DNA of 60,164 bases, the filler included, from Nemertoderma westbladi (lineage: Eukaryota; Animalia; Xenacoelomorpha), in the NCBI GenBank assembly GCA_032718475.1. It is 3 parts of 3 records of this genome, joined end to end, with 100 filler letters (N's around TTAATTAATTAA, not from the genome) between each part and the next. Parts side by side here need not be neighbours in the genome. Positions count along the whole stretch, not along the records: positions 1 to 27,452 come from JAUCBJ010009019.1; 2 more parts are not named here. One strand, 5' to 3'. The notes below the pieces were generated by a model, which was not told where the DNA came from, searched no databases, and saw only the letters and a list, made by a program, of their open reading frames with translations. Below are positions 1 to 12,691 of the stretch, in pieces. Position 1 is the stretch's first letter, and the number at the start of each line of letters is the position of its first letter. Made by a program: the position numbers and the translations under genes.

Positions 1-262
1 CTCTCCTCAACCTCTCTGTCAATAGACATCAAATCCCCTGAATATCCCCTTACATCAAATCCCCTGAATAGCAATAGGTTTGAAATGTCAATAAAGGCTG
101 TTTTGTAAACAGCAATATTACCTCTTGGCTGCTGTGAAATCATGTATTACCTCAAGGTTCGCTACAAACATTAAAATAGAAATAACGTGCCTTGGATGTT
201 TAGTGAGGGTTTTTGTCTGTCAATTGTGATGCTTTCTTTAATTAGAAGGTCGTAATTACTTT

Positions 263-428
263 CTACGGCGGGTTGTTGAACAGGTGGAACTACGCCGGGT
301 TGCAGAATAGGTGGAACTACAGCGGGTTGTTGAACGGGTGGGACTATGGAGGGATGTGGAGCAGGTGGAACTACGGCAGTTTGATCAACAGGTGGAACTA
401 TGGCGGGTTGTTGAACAGGTGGAACTAT
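263..428. repeat. 27-bp degenerate tandem repeat, about 6 copies
   Basis: Recurring aggtggaacta(c/t)ggcgggttgttgaac; gives the (I/V)VPPVQQPA repeats of ORF 171..443. Confidence 0.85.
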
Positions 429-429
429 T

Positions 430-796
430 ATCATGAAACTCAATCATTGAGTTTACCTCCTTCTCCTGTCTCTCTAGGGATGACCAAAGGGTGATAGTTT
501 TGCGGAAGTTCTTGATAGCCTCTCTGGCCAAGGAGATCTTGGATCGTAGGTGAGATGATATTTCATCTACACCAGTTGATCCACTTCAGGTGGCCATCGA
601 AACTTTCACCCTTTATGCCACATTTCTCATGCTCCTCTACCATCACCAACTTCAACTGTCCAATATCACAGACTGACAGTTCTACAAAACCCTGCTCAAT
701 GGTGCCAAACTGCCTCTGAACCTGGAATGCAATAGTAGCAACCGTGTTGAGGTTTTGCTTGACATATTTTTGACTGTTACGTTGATCCTCCTCCAT
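430..796 (-). pseudogene. possible degraded tyrosine recombinase-like fragment
   Basis: Across a stop/frameshift the minus strand reads IAFQVQRQFGTIE...VMVEEHEK...KNFRKTIT...MIEFH, a motif order resembling YR catalytic R / K / xxxR / H. Weak, by eye. Confidence 0.3.
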
Positions 797-1459
797 GGAG
801 TCCTTCTATTTCTGGAGAACCTGTACATGGGTCGGGTCAAACCTTAGGTCAAAATCATGTATTGCAAGCTTGCCCTTAACCGATTGCGCACCCCAGTCAT
901 AGCCAGTTGTAACACCCTTCCCAACCACCTCTTCACAATCAATATCATCATCAATAACTCTGGGGCGTTTAGTAGGTGGTATGATCTCTCCTTCACTATT
1001 AGCATCATCTGAGGAAAAACAAAAACTCAAGTTCCTCCTACAACCTTTATCCTTAAGGACAGAGGCGCACCTTGCAAGGATGACTGAACAAGGGGTAGTA
1101 GGGGAAGGCAAGTTTATCATTGAAGGTGATGCTGAAAGTGAAGGAAGATCTACAGCAATCTGCCCATCATTAAGGTCTCCGTTGCCAATACCAGTGGGGC
1201 TGGTTGCAGTCGCAGTACTGGTAATAGTCTGACTAGGCCTACAACTTGCAGCATAACCACTATTAGTGGAACTAGTAGTGCCCAAGCTAGTGGCACTAAC
1301 AGTGGTACTGATTGGCACACTAGATGGAGCTAGAAGTACCACAAATATCAGCTACCAAAACCCCAGCACAAGCAACGGAGCCTCTGATACCACTAACCGC
1401 CTGACTTCCTACATTTCTATATTTTATAAAGTCATTGCCTCTTAATAATATAACTTTGT

Positions 1460-1822
1460 TTAGCCCTTATCAACTTTTTTACCTAGCCGCGAATTAACCC
1501 AATCAGACAATATTTCAGCCCCCTCCCCAACATTGTTTGCACCCATAATTTGCCTAGCTACTGTATAAATAGAATCTTCTAGAATATTGATGACCTTTGT
1601 ACATTTAGATTGGGACCGTGGTTCTTTAAATTCTTGCATTCGTAGTTTGGATTCTTCCTTACTTAAATTATGAACTTTCTGAAGATGTGTAGGGAGGTAC
1701 TTCTGTGGCCTAGGGGGATTGCAGATAGTGCAGTCGTATATATAGCGAATTGGTTTCGAAGGAATAACTTTGGAGGGTCCAGTGCCAGTTGGGGCAGAAT
1801 CATCGGAATCAGAATGAGACAT
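1460..1822 (-). CDS. small ORF with C2H2-type zinc finger, probably transposon-borne
   Basis: CTICNPPRPQKYLPTHLQKVH in a 120-aa ATG-initiated ORF. Confidence 0.4.
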   Translation of the reverse strand: MSHSDSDDSAPTGTGPSKVIPSKPIRYIYDCTICNPPRPQKYLPTHLQKVHNLSKEESKLRMQEFKEPRSQSKCTKVINILEDSIYTVARQIMGANNVGEGAEILSDWVNSRLGKKVDKG

Positions 1823-2728
1823 ATTAGATAAGAAAGAGTGGAGAGTGAAAAAAGCCTATTCCTAAACCTATTCTAAAAATATATTCCAGGTAGGTAGGGT
1901 AGGGGTGGGGTAGGGATTGGGGGGGGGGGGGGGGGGTGTGTATAACCAATTTGTTACCCAATTAGTTGAACCGTTGCTGTAACCTTTCTTCCTCAGTTAT
2001 TTTAATCGGTGTTCTAACCTTTTATTTCTGAGTAAATTTAATCGCAGTTGTATCCTTTGGTCCACATTTAGTTTAACTTTTGCTTAGTTGCTTAGTTTAA
2101 CCAGGCAGAAATACGGGGTTATAGTGTTTTCTACAACACTGTATAATAGTTATTCTTTGAGGCATGGTGGCCTTTTCTGGCAGAGCACGGCACGTAGGCC
2201 TTATACGTAGGCCTTTCGTAGGTCAGTTTGACCTGAATTAATTAGTCTGTTGAATGTGTCAGTTTGTGTTTAACCCCTGTTTTTAGATCCCCCATCACCT
2301 CTGTCAGTAACGTCTTGGCTGTCAGGTTCCTATCTACTAGTGTAAAGTTTGGTGTGTCAGTGAGGAATGACAAAGTATCCAAACTAAAGTCTCTAACATA
2401 GTGTTGTCAGTATTAAGTTCAGTAAAAGGCGTCATTAGGATGAGCCAATGGCAAACTGTAATTGTGGTATTGGTACCACCCCTGTCCCATGTCGTGCAAT
2501 TTTGCCATTGGATCAGAGACTGACACATGGTACAGTCGTCGCCCCCCACATGCAGTCCTATACGTCCTCTGTATAATACCATGGTGTCCGTGGCAATGTC
2601 ATTTGCTCCACAAATTCCAGACCTAGAAAGGCGTGGTTGGAAACGGATCGAGCAATATTGGATCTGATCTCTAGAACAAGAGTCTCTGGGTGTTTAACAG
2701 CTGTGAAGAGTCCGTGGTGTAGTGTGGC

Positions 2729-3108
2729 TTATAACTTGCCTAGGCTAATGGCGGATAGATGTATACCACGCGAGTCAAGGACGTTTCCGCCCTCAACTTG
2801 CTGACTTAATGTGCCACCAATCCCAATAGCGGATCTATAGTATGATCTGTTTAACCACGCCATCATCCTCCCATTGACAGCCTTCCACCTGACATTGTAT
2901 TCGATGTCGAAAGGTCTGCCCCATCTCTGTATCGCTCTGGGGAACATTTGAGCCAACAATACCAAGGAGGATCCATTGTCAGAATAAGCTTGCACCATAG
3001 TTTGTAATTTGGAGACAACAAAATCTGTATCGTTAGTACAGAGATCATTGGTTCCAAATAATATAACAGTGATGCAGGGTTCATTCTGCCATTGTTGGAT
3101 AATCTCAT
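2729..3108 (-). pseudogene. SGNH/GDSL hydrolase remnant, N-terminally truncated
   Basis: ITVILFGTNDLC (block III) and LDSRGIHLS (block V); homologous to 25710-26290 (DFVVSKL...YSDNGSSLVL..QMFPR vs DFVVSNL...YSANGSSLVL..QIFPR). Confidence 0.75.
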
Positions 3109-3347
3109 GGGTATTGTGTTATGTGATATGTTATGGTGCAAAGTGGACTTCGTGTTCAGAATATACAATATACAAAAAAATTGTGGTCCGCAAATGTTAC
3201 CCCAGCACACGGCTGGAACATAAAAAGGCTAATTAAGAGCATGCGTTACAAGAGTGTGTTGATATATATATAAAACAGCTTTTCCAGCGCCCTTCATTGA
3301 TTGGCTAAACTCTTGGCTATCATTTGGTTACCATTGGTTATCATTGG

Positions 3348-4092
3348 TATTGCCCCGGGGTGGGGGGGGGGGGGGGGGGGGGGGGCGGAAATTCGACGCA
3401 AATAACAGATGATTTCTCTCAAAAATAAAACTGTAAACTCTTCTATTGTGTTTAGTAAATTGTTTTGGTTAAGATAACGCGCCACTGTAACCTGCTCCTT
3501 TCCCTAAATTGAGAATTTAACATTGAGGCGGGATATTAATTCACCAAGATGAGATTTGCATCCAGTTTCCCCCCTTGTCTCCAATTTTGGAACATTGAAG
3601 TGAACAGGGAAATTTTTGAAACTATTTATTATATTTCAATATTGGATAATAATTTCCTTTGTGCTCTGATGGATAGCCCATAAAATTCTAGGAAAAGTCA
3701 CGGAATCTCGGTTTTCACAACATATCTGTTTCAAAGAACTGTTTTTGTAAAATTTAATTTTCTTCAGCCACTAGGCCAGGGATTACGCACAAAGTCTGAC
3801 GACTTATTTCCAGTGCGGTCCCCCCAGAACTTTACTCCCCAGAGGAAACTCTAGTACTCATTTAGCTACCACTTAAGGATGCAAGGAAGAGATGCGCCCT
3901 GGCTGGTCCCTTTAAAGCATTCGTGCCGAAACGAAAACTGCCCTGGCCCATGTGAGGATCGAACCCACGACCTACAGGAGATGTGAATTCAATACAACCA
4001 CTACAACAAGGTAGAACCCTGGTGGTAACAGATTAATTTCAAAAAAATTTAAATGACCCTCACCCACCCCCCCACCCCCAGGCCAAATAGCG
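3348..4092. mobile_element. putative non-autonomous TTAA-type (piggyBac-like) element carrying a SINE
   Basis: Right end tgaccc-(C-rich)-ggccaaatagcg|ttaa resembles the end at 12266-12296; left end tattgccccgggg-(G run) is degenerate. Confidence 0.35.
3760..4011 (-). mobile_element. tRNA-derived SINE
   Basis: Minus-strand A box TGTAGTGGTT (3996-4005) and B box GGTTCGATCC (3956-3965); the body aligns with the copy at about 54010-54230 (gacttatttccagtgcggtccc...gtactcatttagctacc). Confidence 0.65.
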
Positions 4093-4553
4093 TTAAAGAA
4101 GGCTGCGGTTGGTCTATATTATTACAGTTCAAATGGAATTTTGTTTCATTTTTGTATATACAGTACAATTTTACTTAAAGTTTGTGCAATGCAGTTCATT
4201 TTTTTAATATGTGTTGTTGTTATTGTGAACAGTAACACTAGTTTTTAGGTGGTTAAGTTGTGCTGTACTGGCTACTACTACCTTGTGCTTAATAATATTC
4301 ATGTTTTACTCATAAATTATCTTCTTAATTCGAACAATTGCATACCTTGAGAACAATCCGGTGGTCGAATCAATGGATGACCAAATTAGTTTAGACAATA
4401 ACGATTTACAACGTTTAAAACAAACGTTTTCTTTGCATTAAAAAAACGTATATTTCCAAGCAATTTCGAAAGAACCGACGCATGATTCACGTTAGTTACA
4501 CATGCTAGACAAGCGTTTAATTCAAACGTCATCAAGAACCGGCGATTGAGTAA

Positions 4554-7500
4554 TAGGGTGTAGTGAATTTTCGAAATTTCTGATTTTCGTTCCAGAACTC
4601 AGTCATAGCAACTATGCCATATATTTTTTCAATCTGAAAAGTAGAAATCATGTCTCCATGCCACTGAAATTTTCAAATTAATTAACAAAAATGTCATATT
4701 TGTCTAAATCTAGATGGCTCTAGAAAGAGAATCAATTATCGGATTTTGTTGAAATCCTGTTTTTTGGAATCTATGGACAGAGTAGAATGCCATAGGAAAA
4801 CACAAAATTAATTTTGGCCGAGTTGAAACAATTTTATTTTTTAAAAATTTCAACTTTTTCTGAACGTTTATGAATGCTAGGATTTAATTTTGGCTGAGTT
4901 GAAAAAATTTCAACTTTTTCTGAACGTTTATGAATGCCAGGATCTCATGTAATTTTCAGAATACAAATTGTTTCTTAGTGTTAACCGCTTTCCGTTGTTT
5001 CCTGGCATCAATCCTCGAAAGTATTAGTTTATCTCTCTCATTACTCCCAACAACTTCCATCGACACTTCAGTCCCGATTCGGACCATCCTTTCAACAACC
5101 TGAGTGTGACATGGGTAGTCAAGATTAGGAAGATCGAGATCTTTAGAAACAAATATGCTACTGAGATCACAATCTAAAATATCATTAATCAATGGTGGTT
5201 CAGTGATGATCAATCAATCAGACTGATGTAATCATTCGCTTCAAAATTGATCAATGGTGGCTCCAGCTTTCGAACATTGCTTGTTAACTGGATGGAGTTT
5301 AAAACCCGAGCTTTCTTATTCTTGCATACAGCAAGCTTTCGAATGTGAACTCGCTGATCCATTAATATCAGTGTGCAAAGAATGCATTACGTTGGATTGT
5401 TGAATCGACTGTAGCTTTATATTCACCATCAAGGTAGCGGGTCCACTTTACAAGTTGAAAAAGGTTTAGTGATCCATCTTTAATACTATTGTGGCATTTA
5501 ATCAGGAACCACATCGGATAATTTAACAATAACAGTAAGTCCCTCACTAGGTGAATGATCTGATATATATATGCGGCATATACGATTTGCGGTGGTAACC
5601 CATCTTGAATGACTGAGCTTACCAGGATCAAGTCGAGCCAATCTTTGATCACAATGTCCATCAATGATCGCGCATGTAATTAAATAAAGATATTTTTGAT
5701 CCATTGACAATTCCTTGATTACTGATTGTGGAAGTTTTGTTAAGGTTTCTGATGTGATCAGCATATATTCAATCACATCCATTCTTGGTAGATTACCATT
5801 TGCAATTCGTTCTCCAATTAAACCTTTGAATGTTTTAGGACCTGAAGTAGGCCTATCAACTAAGGTAAATAGGTGGCGCAGGGGGAGTTCATTCATATGC
5901 AACATGCAGATAGACCACTGTAAAGGTCATTCAAGTTTCAATTCTAACAAATGAATCACACCAGCATGAACTCCAGTATTTAAAGGAGTACTACAATATC
6001 TGACAAAGACAAAGACCTTTCCTGGAAGGACTAACATGACTAAGATAGCATCCTCTAGGTTCTGTCACCATTACATAATGTTCTTCTAATTTGGATTTTA
6101 CATGGTTAGATGTGGATTCATCTTTTATTAGAGTTAAATCCTTTCGGCCATCAAAATATAATCCAGTGATTGATTCTGACCGAGAAAGTGATGATTCAAA
6201 TATAGATGATCGACGTTTTGCTCGTTTTCTTCTGATATTGTGATGATCAACAACATATTTTTATGAAAAGCTCTCCCCTTTTATGTCATGAGATGTTTCT
6301 GAAATAATTGCAGCTGCAGCGCGTTCTGGAATTGCATATCTATCAGCTTCCCTACAAGCAGAAATGTAAAAATTCCTATTTTGAGATGTACTGGAATAAC
6401 TGGATGTTGATAGTTCAGGAGGAAATACATCCATCGGACTTTGATCTTCAGGTGGGTTAGAAGATTCAGTCTCTGTAGAAGATTTGGCAACCCTTTCCTG
6501 TTCGATACACTGCCTCTTATTTTGAGCTTCCTCCCTTTCCGCCCTGCGTTCAGATTTATTATGTTTCTCAGTAGCAAACCTTGCTGCATTACCATCTATA
6601 CCTCCAATATGTAATAAACGTCCTGCTCTCTGATCCTCCAGAAAATCTAGTTCAGCATCATTTGGTTCCTTGGCAATTTCAAATAATTTCTTAAAATGTT
6701 TCTGATATTCTACTAGTCGCTCAGAGTAAAACGTCTCCAATTCTCGCGCCTTGGGTACTTTGCTAACATCATCACGAATATTGTCCAACTCACTCAAGAT
6801 TTTCTTAGTCACTCCTATTAGGGTATAGGTGGGAATGCTGGCACGGATATAAACAGAAATAACATCCTTGGCAGCTAATTATGCAACATAGGATAGTTTT
6901 GGGTTGGAAGGAATTGATGCTTGCAACAATTTAAAATGATGTAGAACAGCACCAATAGTCGGAAGTTGGGTCAGTGGCAACTGTGTTGGACTCCCAAATA
7001 ATGAAGTGTTAACCTTTTGACGAGTACCTTTCGACATTTTAGAAATATAATTAAATCGTCAGAATTTAAAAGTCCTATACACTAGTCTATAGTTTACAGC
7101 AGTAGTAGCAGTTTAGTTTTTAATGCATACCGGTACAAATCATATGAATGTCATAATGCCATAAATTAATTACACACTAAAGTATGTACTACTAAAGAAT
7201 AAATGTGAAAGTAAAAGTAAATAAGTGTATGCCTAGCCCTTGTCCGGTACTAACATACAGATAGATTTTAGGTCAGAAATAATAAATGCTTGTTGGGTTG
7301 ATTTATCCAGACATAGAGGAGGGAATTTTGAAATCTATGAATCAAAAGTTGTCATATTAAATGCTAGTTAGCGAGCTGTCATAAACTGTGTGTTTTCTTT
7401 AAACTATTCAATAAATTTAACTAATAAATTATTAATTAAATAAATTAATTAAGGCCTATTGGCAGTTGTATTCTAAAAACTCTTAGTTATTATATTCTAT

Positions 7501-7752
7501 GAACTTCATTATCGTATTATAAGTACTTGTATATTTATTGGCATTTATTTATTTTGCAATTTAAATTTTTCCATTTTTGGAAAAAATGGTTCAACAATTT
7601 GGAAAAATGTTAAAATTTTGAAAAAATAAAATTTTTTGAACTCGGCCAAATTTAATTAACTGTCTTCCTATGGCATTCTACTCTGTCCATAGATTCAAAA
7701 AAACATAACTTTTACAAAATCCGATAATTGGGTCTCTTTCTAGAGCCATCTA
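4554..7752 (-). mobile_element. hAT-superfamily DNA transposon (hATm-like), one end truncated
   Basis: Candidate terminus TAGGGTG at 4554; about 150-bp inverted repeat 4711-4860 / 7601-7752 (tagatggctctagaaagaga...ctatggacagagtagaatgccatagga) flanks the transposase. Confidence 0.65.
4956..7037 (-). pseudogene. hAT-like DDE transposase with stops and frameshifts
   Basis: ATG at 7037 (MSKGTRQK...QLPTIGAVLHHF); motifs CMLHMNELPLRHL (CxxH), SHSRWVTTANR, IQRNAFFAH and PCHTQVVER (catalytic E) spread over several frames. Confidence 0.8.
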
Positions 7753-8435
7753 AAATCCCGGGAATGTCTGTTTTCTTTGACTCTGACTTCATTTACTGTA
7801 TCAGTTTTCATGTTTGGCAGCAATTGAACAGTTTGTATGTCTGTCCGTTTGTCAGTCGATGTGTCTGTCAAAATACAATATGAACCTCTAGAGGTCTAAC
7901 TACACAGCAGCTTTTTAGACTGACACACCGACAGACGTCTGAATAGGGTCAAAAGTGAAAACTGACAGCGGAAATGAAATCCTTGACCAGGAAAACCCCC
8001 ATAGAGTGAATTTTAATTAGTTAATGTGATTCCTTATATTTTTGACGGACGGACAATCCGACAGACAGACCGACAAACAGACCAACAGACAGTCTGGATA
8101 GGTTCAAAAGTGAAAACTGACAGGGGAAGTGAAACCCTTGACCAAGAAAACCCCCATAGCGAGAATTGTAATTAGCTAATGTGATTCCTTATATTTTTGA
8201 CGGACAGACTCACAGACAGACGGATAGACAGTCTGGGTAGTGTCAAAAGTAAAAACTGACTGCGGAAATAAAATCCTTGACAAGGAAAACTCCCATAGCG
8301 AGAACGTTAGTAGATTTAATTCTTTCTAAGGTCTTGACAGACAAACTGACAGAAAGACTGATAGACTTCAGAAATTCATGAATTAGAGTAGGGCACTTGG
8401 GGGTTTGAATATTTTCCAGTTAGGTACCGAAAGGG
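7753..8435. mobile_element. non-autonomous element with about 140-155-bp internal repeats and a piggyBac-like end
   Basis: Three copies of gtcaaaagtgaaaactgac...ccttgaccaggaaaaccccccatag with gacagac spacers (about 7925-8345); ends accgaaaggg|ttaa. Confidence 0.5.
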
Positions 8436-8559
8436 TTAAATGATACTATTTAATTCATAATATATACTTCTATGCAACGTATAATGGGATATGTGTCGGG
8501 CTAATTATTTTAATGCAATATTTATTATCTTATCTGAATATTAAACTATTTACCTTTAG

Positions 8560-9807
8560 GCAAAAATGGTTCACAATTGCCGTGGGCCATTGTGCCAGGG
8601 AATCTATGGAGAATACGGATCTTGCCCTTGTTTCCGCACATCCTAGATGGGGCAGAAAAACTGGATAATCAAATGCGACGTCGTATGGTCATATTATGCC
8701 AGGAGGCTGTCACTAAATATGAAGATGGTTCGGATGAGAAATGCAGCCTGTATTTAACTTCTGGGAATAAACAGGATGCCATTAAAGTCACAGCCCAGGA
8801 ATATTAAAATATTAAAATAACCAGCCAACATATTAATAAAGAAAATAAAGACCAACAACAGGAATCCAAACAAATAACACAGCAAGTAAGATCTCTTGGT
8901 TGTCCAGAAGCACAATGGCTATTATTGGAATTCCCTCTGACAGTTTCAAATATAGATTCGATTTACATACCAACAGTTGTTATGGATATCAATCTTCGCC
9001 ATGGATATATGATCGAAAAACGTTACAGGGGACCAGCAGTACCAGCAGATGGAGGGGCGGTTGGTGACTTCCTGGAAGCAGTTAGGGTACATCAGGATTT
9101 GATGCAATTGCTACCTGAGTGACAGTTTACCCAAATCCAGGAACTGATGATTCTGGATAGAAAAGCTGCAAAGATAAGCATCGACAAAATATCAGTGTTC
9201 TCCCTACGGACACCTGTGTTAGTGTTTGTAAACTCACTGAAGTTGTACTTAACCTGGTTTGCGCGAATTACTCCACCCAGGAACGCAGACCAATCGGGTC
9301 ACTGGTGCTTGGATAGATGGCGACAATAGGATGGTGCAAATTCGACCTATTGTAATTCCCCTTCTAAAAGATTTCATTAGAAACATCAATAATACTAATG
9401 TTAATTATACTGTAAATTCTGCTAAAGTTTCTGCTATGTTTCATCTTGAGCATGGGAACATTCGAAACCGAACACGATATTTTCTGTGTTCCAAATCTGA
9501 AGACATCATTCATTAAAGCTGGGTTACTACCACCAGGAGTTTAAGGAAGAGAGCAGCTATTACAACATGCCAATTCATTAGGTGGTGATACGCTAATGAA
9601 CAGATGCAGTGGCAGTCTGGAGGAACGCAGAGCCGAGATAAGTTGGCCATAGCTGCCTGGAATTGTCTCCGTGAGTTCTTTCTAAATAACAACATATCCT
9701 GTTACGGTACTCCAGCAGTTTTGTATTTCGAATTGCAAGAAGAGGCAACATTAAATCTTGCTGCTACACTCTTGGAGTTAAGAAGAAATATTGCTGCCGC
9801 ATTATAA
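8560..9807 (+). pseudogene. Helitron-type Rep fragment (region after the HUH motif), degenerate
   Basis: After acceptor-like cctttag: MVHNCRGPLC...GSC..FP, then RSLGCPEAQWLLLEFPLT, resembling the R.vs..EA.w.l..fp motif of Helitron Rep; several stops and frameshifts. Confidence 0.55.
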
Positions 9808-9990
9808 AATATGACATTTGACATGATATGACATATGACATTGAGTATAATAGATAAATTGAGTGGGACATAGAAGCCATTGACTCCAACGCTGTAATAC
9901 CTGTTATTAATATAGAATAAGAACACTTGACTTGGAAAATGTAGATAGTGATTGAATTTATATTGTATTTTGGCATAACAAACGATGAAT

Positions 9991-11507
9991 ATTTAGCGCC
10001 ACCCTCGATTATTGGGGAGGACATAGCATCCATTGACTCCGACTCTGTAATACCTGTTATTAATATATAGATGAACACTTGACTTGTCCGTGGGAAATGT
10101 GATATGGGAAATCCGATGTTGTATTTTGGCATAACAAACATTGTGTATTATTGACATAAATATTTTTTGTCTCGGGGGCTGGGTATTATAAATTTACTAT
10201 TGTGACAGATGGGGGAGCTTGCGTGACACCTTGTGACAGAGATGGGGGGGGGGGGGGGGGGGGGTGTCAAACATCGGGGAAATTTGCTTGACATACTTTA
10301 TGAACGTCCCCATACGTATCATGGGACAACTATTTCCTCTTTCTTATACATTTATTATTGCAGATCTATTCTGTCACTTATTATTTGATATGACGATTTT
10401 TGCTACGCAGTATATTGAAATGTAGTGAGTAATTTTTTATGATTTTTTAATTATATTTTTTTTGGTTAATTATATTTGCAGGTGACGTAATATCTGCAAC
10501 GCAAGCGCAGATGTTACAACGAATGTGAGGATGCGACGATGAACTTGTCTTACGGCATAGTTCACATTTATTGTCTGACTGGAATTCAGATGACATGGTA
10601 TACCGGGACATGGTATACATTTATTTCTAAAATGTAGGGCGAGCCACAAAGTAAACGAGCATTGGATTAGCATACAGTTTAATTTTAATACATGGTCATA
10701 AATCGGCGTTGTATAAGGTTATGTTTGGATTTCTTTTATAAAGATTTGGCGATTTAGCGCCACCCTCGATTATTGGGGAGGACATAGCATCCATTGACTC
10801 CGACTCTGTAATACCTGTTATTAATATATAGATGAACACTTGACTTGTCCGTGGGAAATGTGATATGGGAAATCCGATGTTGTATTTTGGCATAACAAAC
10901 ATTGTGTATTATTGACATAAATATTTTTTGTCTCGGGGGCTGGGTATTATAAATTTACTATTGTGACAGATGGGGGAGCTTGCGTGACACCTTGTGACAG
11001 AGATGGGGGGGGGGGGGGGGGTTGTCAAACATCGGGGAAATTTGCTTGACATACTTTATGAACGTCCCCATACGTATCATGGGACAACTATTTCCTCTTT
11101 CTTATACATTTATTATTGCAGATCTATTCTGTCACTTATTATTTGATATGACGATTTTTGCTACGCAGTATATTGAAATGTAGTGAGTAATTTTTTATGA
11201 TTTTTTAATTATATTTTTTTTGGTTAATTATATTTGCAGGTGACGTAATATCTGCAACGCAAGCGCAGATGTTACAACGAATGTGAGGATGCGACGATGA
11301 ACTTGTCTTACGGCATAGTTCACATTTATTGTCTGACTGGAATTCAGATGACATGGTATACCGGGACATGGTATACATTTATTTCTAAAATGTAGGGCGA
11401 GCCACAAAGTAAACGAGCATTGGATTAGCATACAGTTTAATTTTAATACATGGTCATAAATCGGCGTTGTATAAGGTTATGTTTGGATTTCTTTTATAAA
11501 GATTTGG
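9991..11507. repeat. near-identical tandem duplication of about 759 bp (9991-10749, 10752-11507)
   Basis: Identical ORFs 10470..10673 and 11228..11431; copies differ visibly only at the G homopolymer; a diverged partial copy lies at about 9860-9983. Confidence 0.95.
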
Positions 11508-12292
11508 TGCTAGCACCAAATTTCGTATCCATGACGAAATAGTACAGGTTTGAGATAGTGCTGTTTTAAATGATTTCATCGGATTCAGGTGATAATATAT
11601 GTTGATAAATTTGCTTATTTTTAAAAATTTGGTGCTGGTACAACAATTTTAACCCGAAAAATACAAGTTTGAAAACTCTTATGCCATAAACCTCTAAAAC
11701 GCGAGAAATAAGGTGTCACAAGCAATTGAATGGATTTTCAGAATTTCGTGCTGGCACCAAATTTAGCACACAGCACCGAAAAATACAAGTTTGATACGCC
11801 TGGTGCAACTCGTATATATTCCATTGAAACCAGAACCCCAAAAAACCCCAATTGTGTAAAAAACAGGTTCAAACAATCAATTTTCAACTTTGACATAATT
11901 AAAAATTTGGTACTGGCACCAAAATTTGGCACCCGATGAAAAAAACAAGTTTGAAATTTCTACATTAATTTATATGAATTCCATCTAATTGCAAACACCA
12001 AAAAGCCGGTGTAAATAGAAAATAGAGATGTTACAAATCATATTTCATGAAATGTAATTTTCAAAAAAAGTCTCAAAAAAGTGCCAAAAGTTGTGTTAAA
12101 TAATGGTGTTATAACTCGAAGACTTCCCAATATTTTTGAAAACTGTTTTCACAATTGGGAAGACAATAGATTTTTAGGAAAAGTCATAAAATGTCAGATT
12201 CGCAACGCGTTCGTTTCAGAGTTATAACTTATAACAAAAAAAACACGGGTGCGGGGAGGTCATATTGACCCCCCCCCCCGGGTTTAATAGGG
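11500..12292. mobile_element. non-autonomous piggyBac-like element, right end
   Basis: Repeated palindromic tttggtgct(a/g)gcaccaaa motifs; ends ggtcatattgacc-(C)n-gggtttaataggg|ttaa. Confidence 0.55.
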
Positions 12293-12385
12293 TTAATGAG
12301 CGCCCTTTTATTATATATATTTAAAGCATTTTATTATTATTAACTAAACTCATAATTATTTTTATTCTACTTTTCAAATATGCAG

Positions 12386-12687
12386 AGGCGTCTAATGTGA
12401 AGGATATATCTGTTCAGTTCAACGATACGGATGACTTCCCTACACCCGCAGATCGGTTTGCAGCGCTCGGTACAGGCCACATGCGGCGGAAAAGTATTTC
12501 AATCGCTTGGTCACGCACTTAATTCGCAATGTTCTCGGATGGTATTTGGCTAACAAGAGCGGAAATGAACGTGGCCTTTTCGGTTATATGAAGGCATTCT
12601 TTGCTCTTCCCGAAACTGCAGGCCGTGGCGCCTTACATCTACATTCCCTAATCTGGATTTACGGTTTCCCAGCCACTTCGCATCAGT
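12386..12687 (+). pseudogene. Helitron Rep HUH-domain fragment (motif 2), interrupted by piggyBac
   Basis: KYFNRLVTHLIRNVLGW...GLFGYMKAFFALPETAGRGALHLHSLIWI matches G.FG...a.f...E.Q.RG.lH.H.liW; preceded by a pyrimidine tract and tgcag acceptor. Confidence 0.85.
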
Positions 12688-12691
12688 TTAA

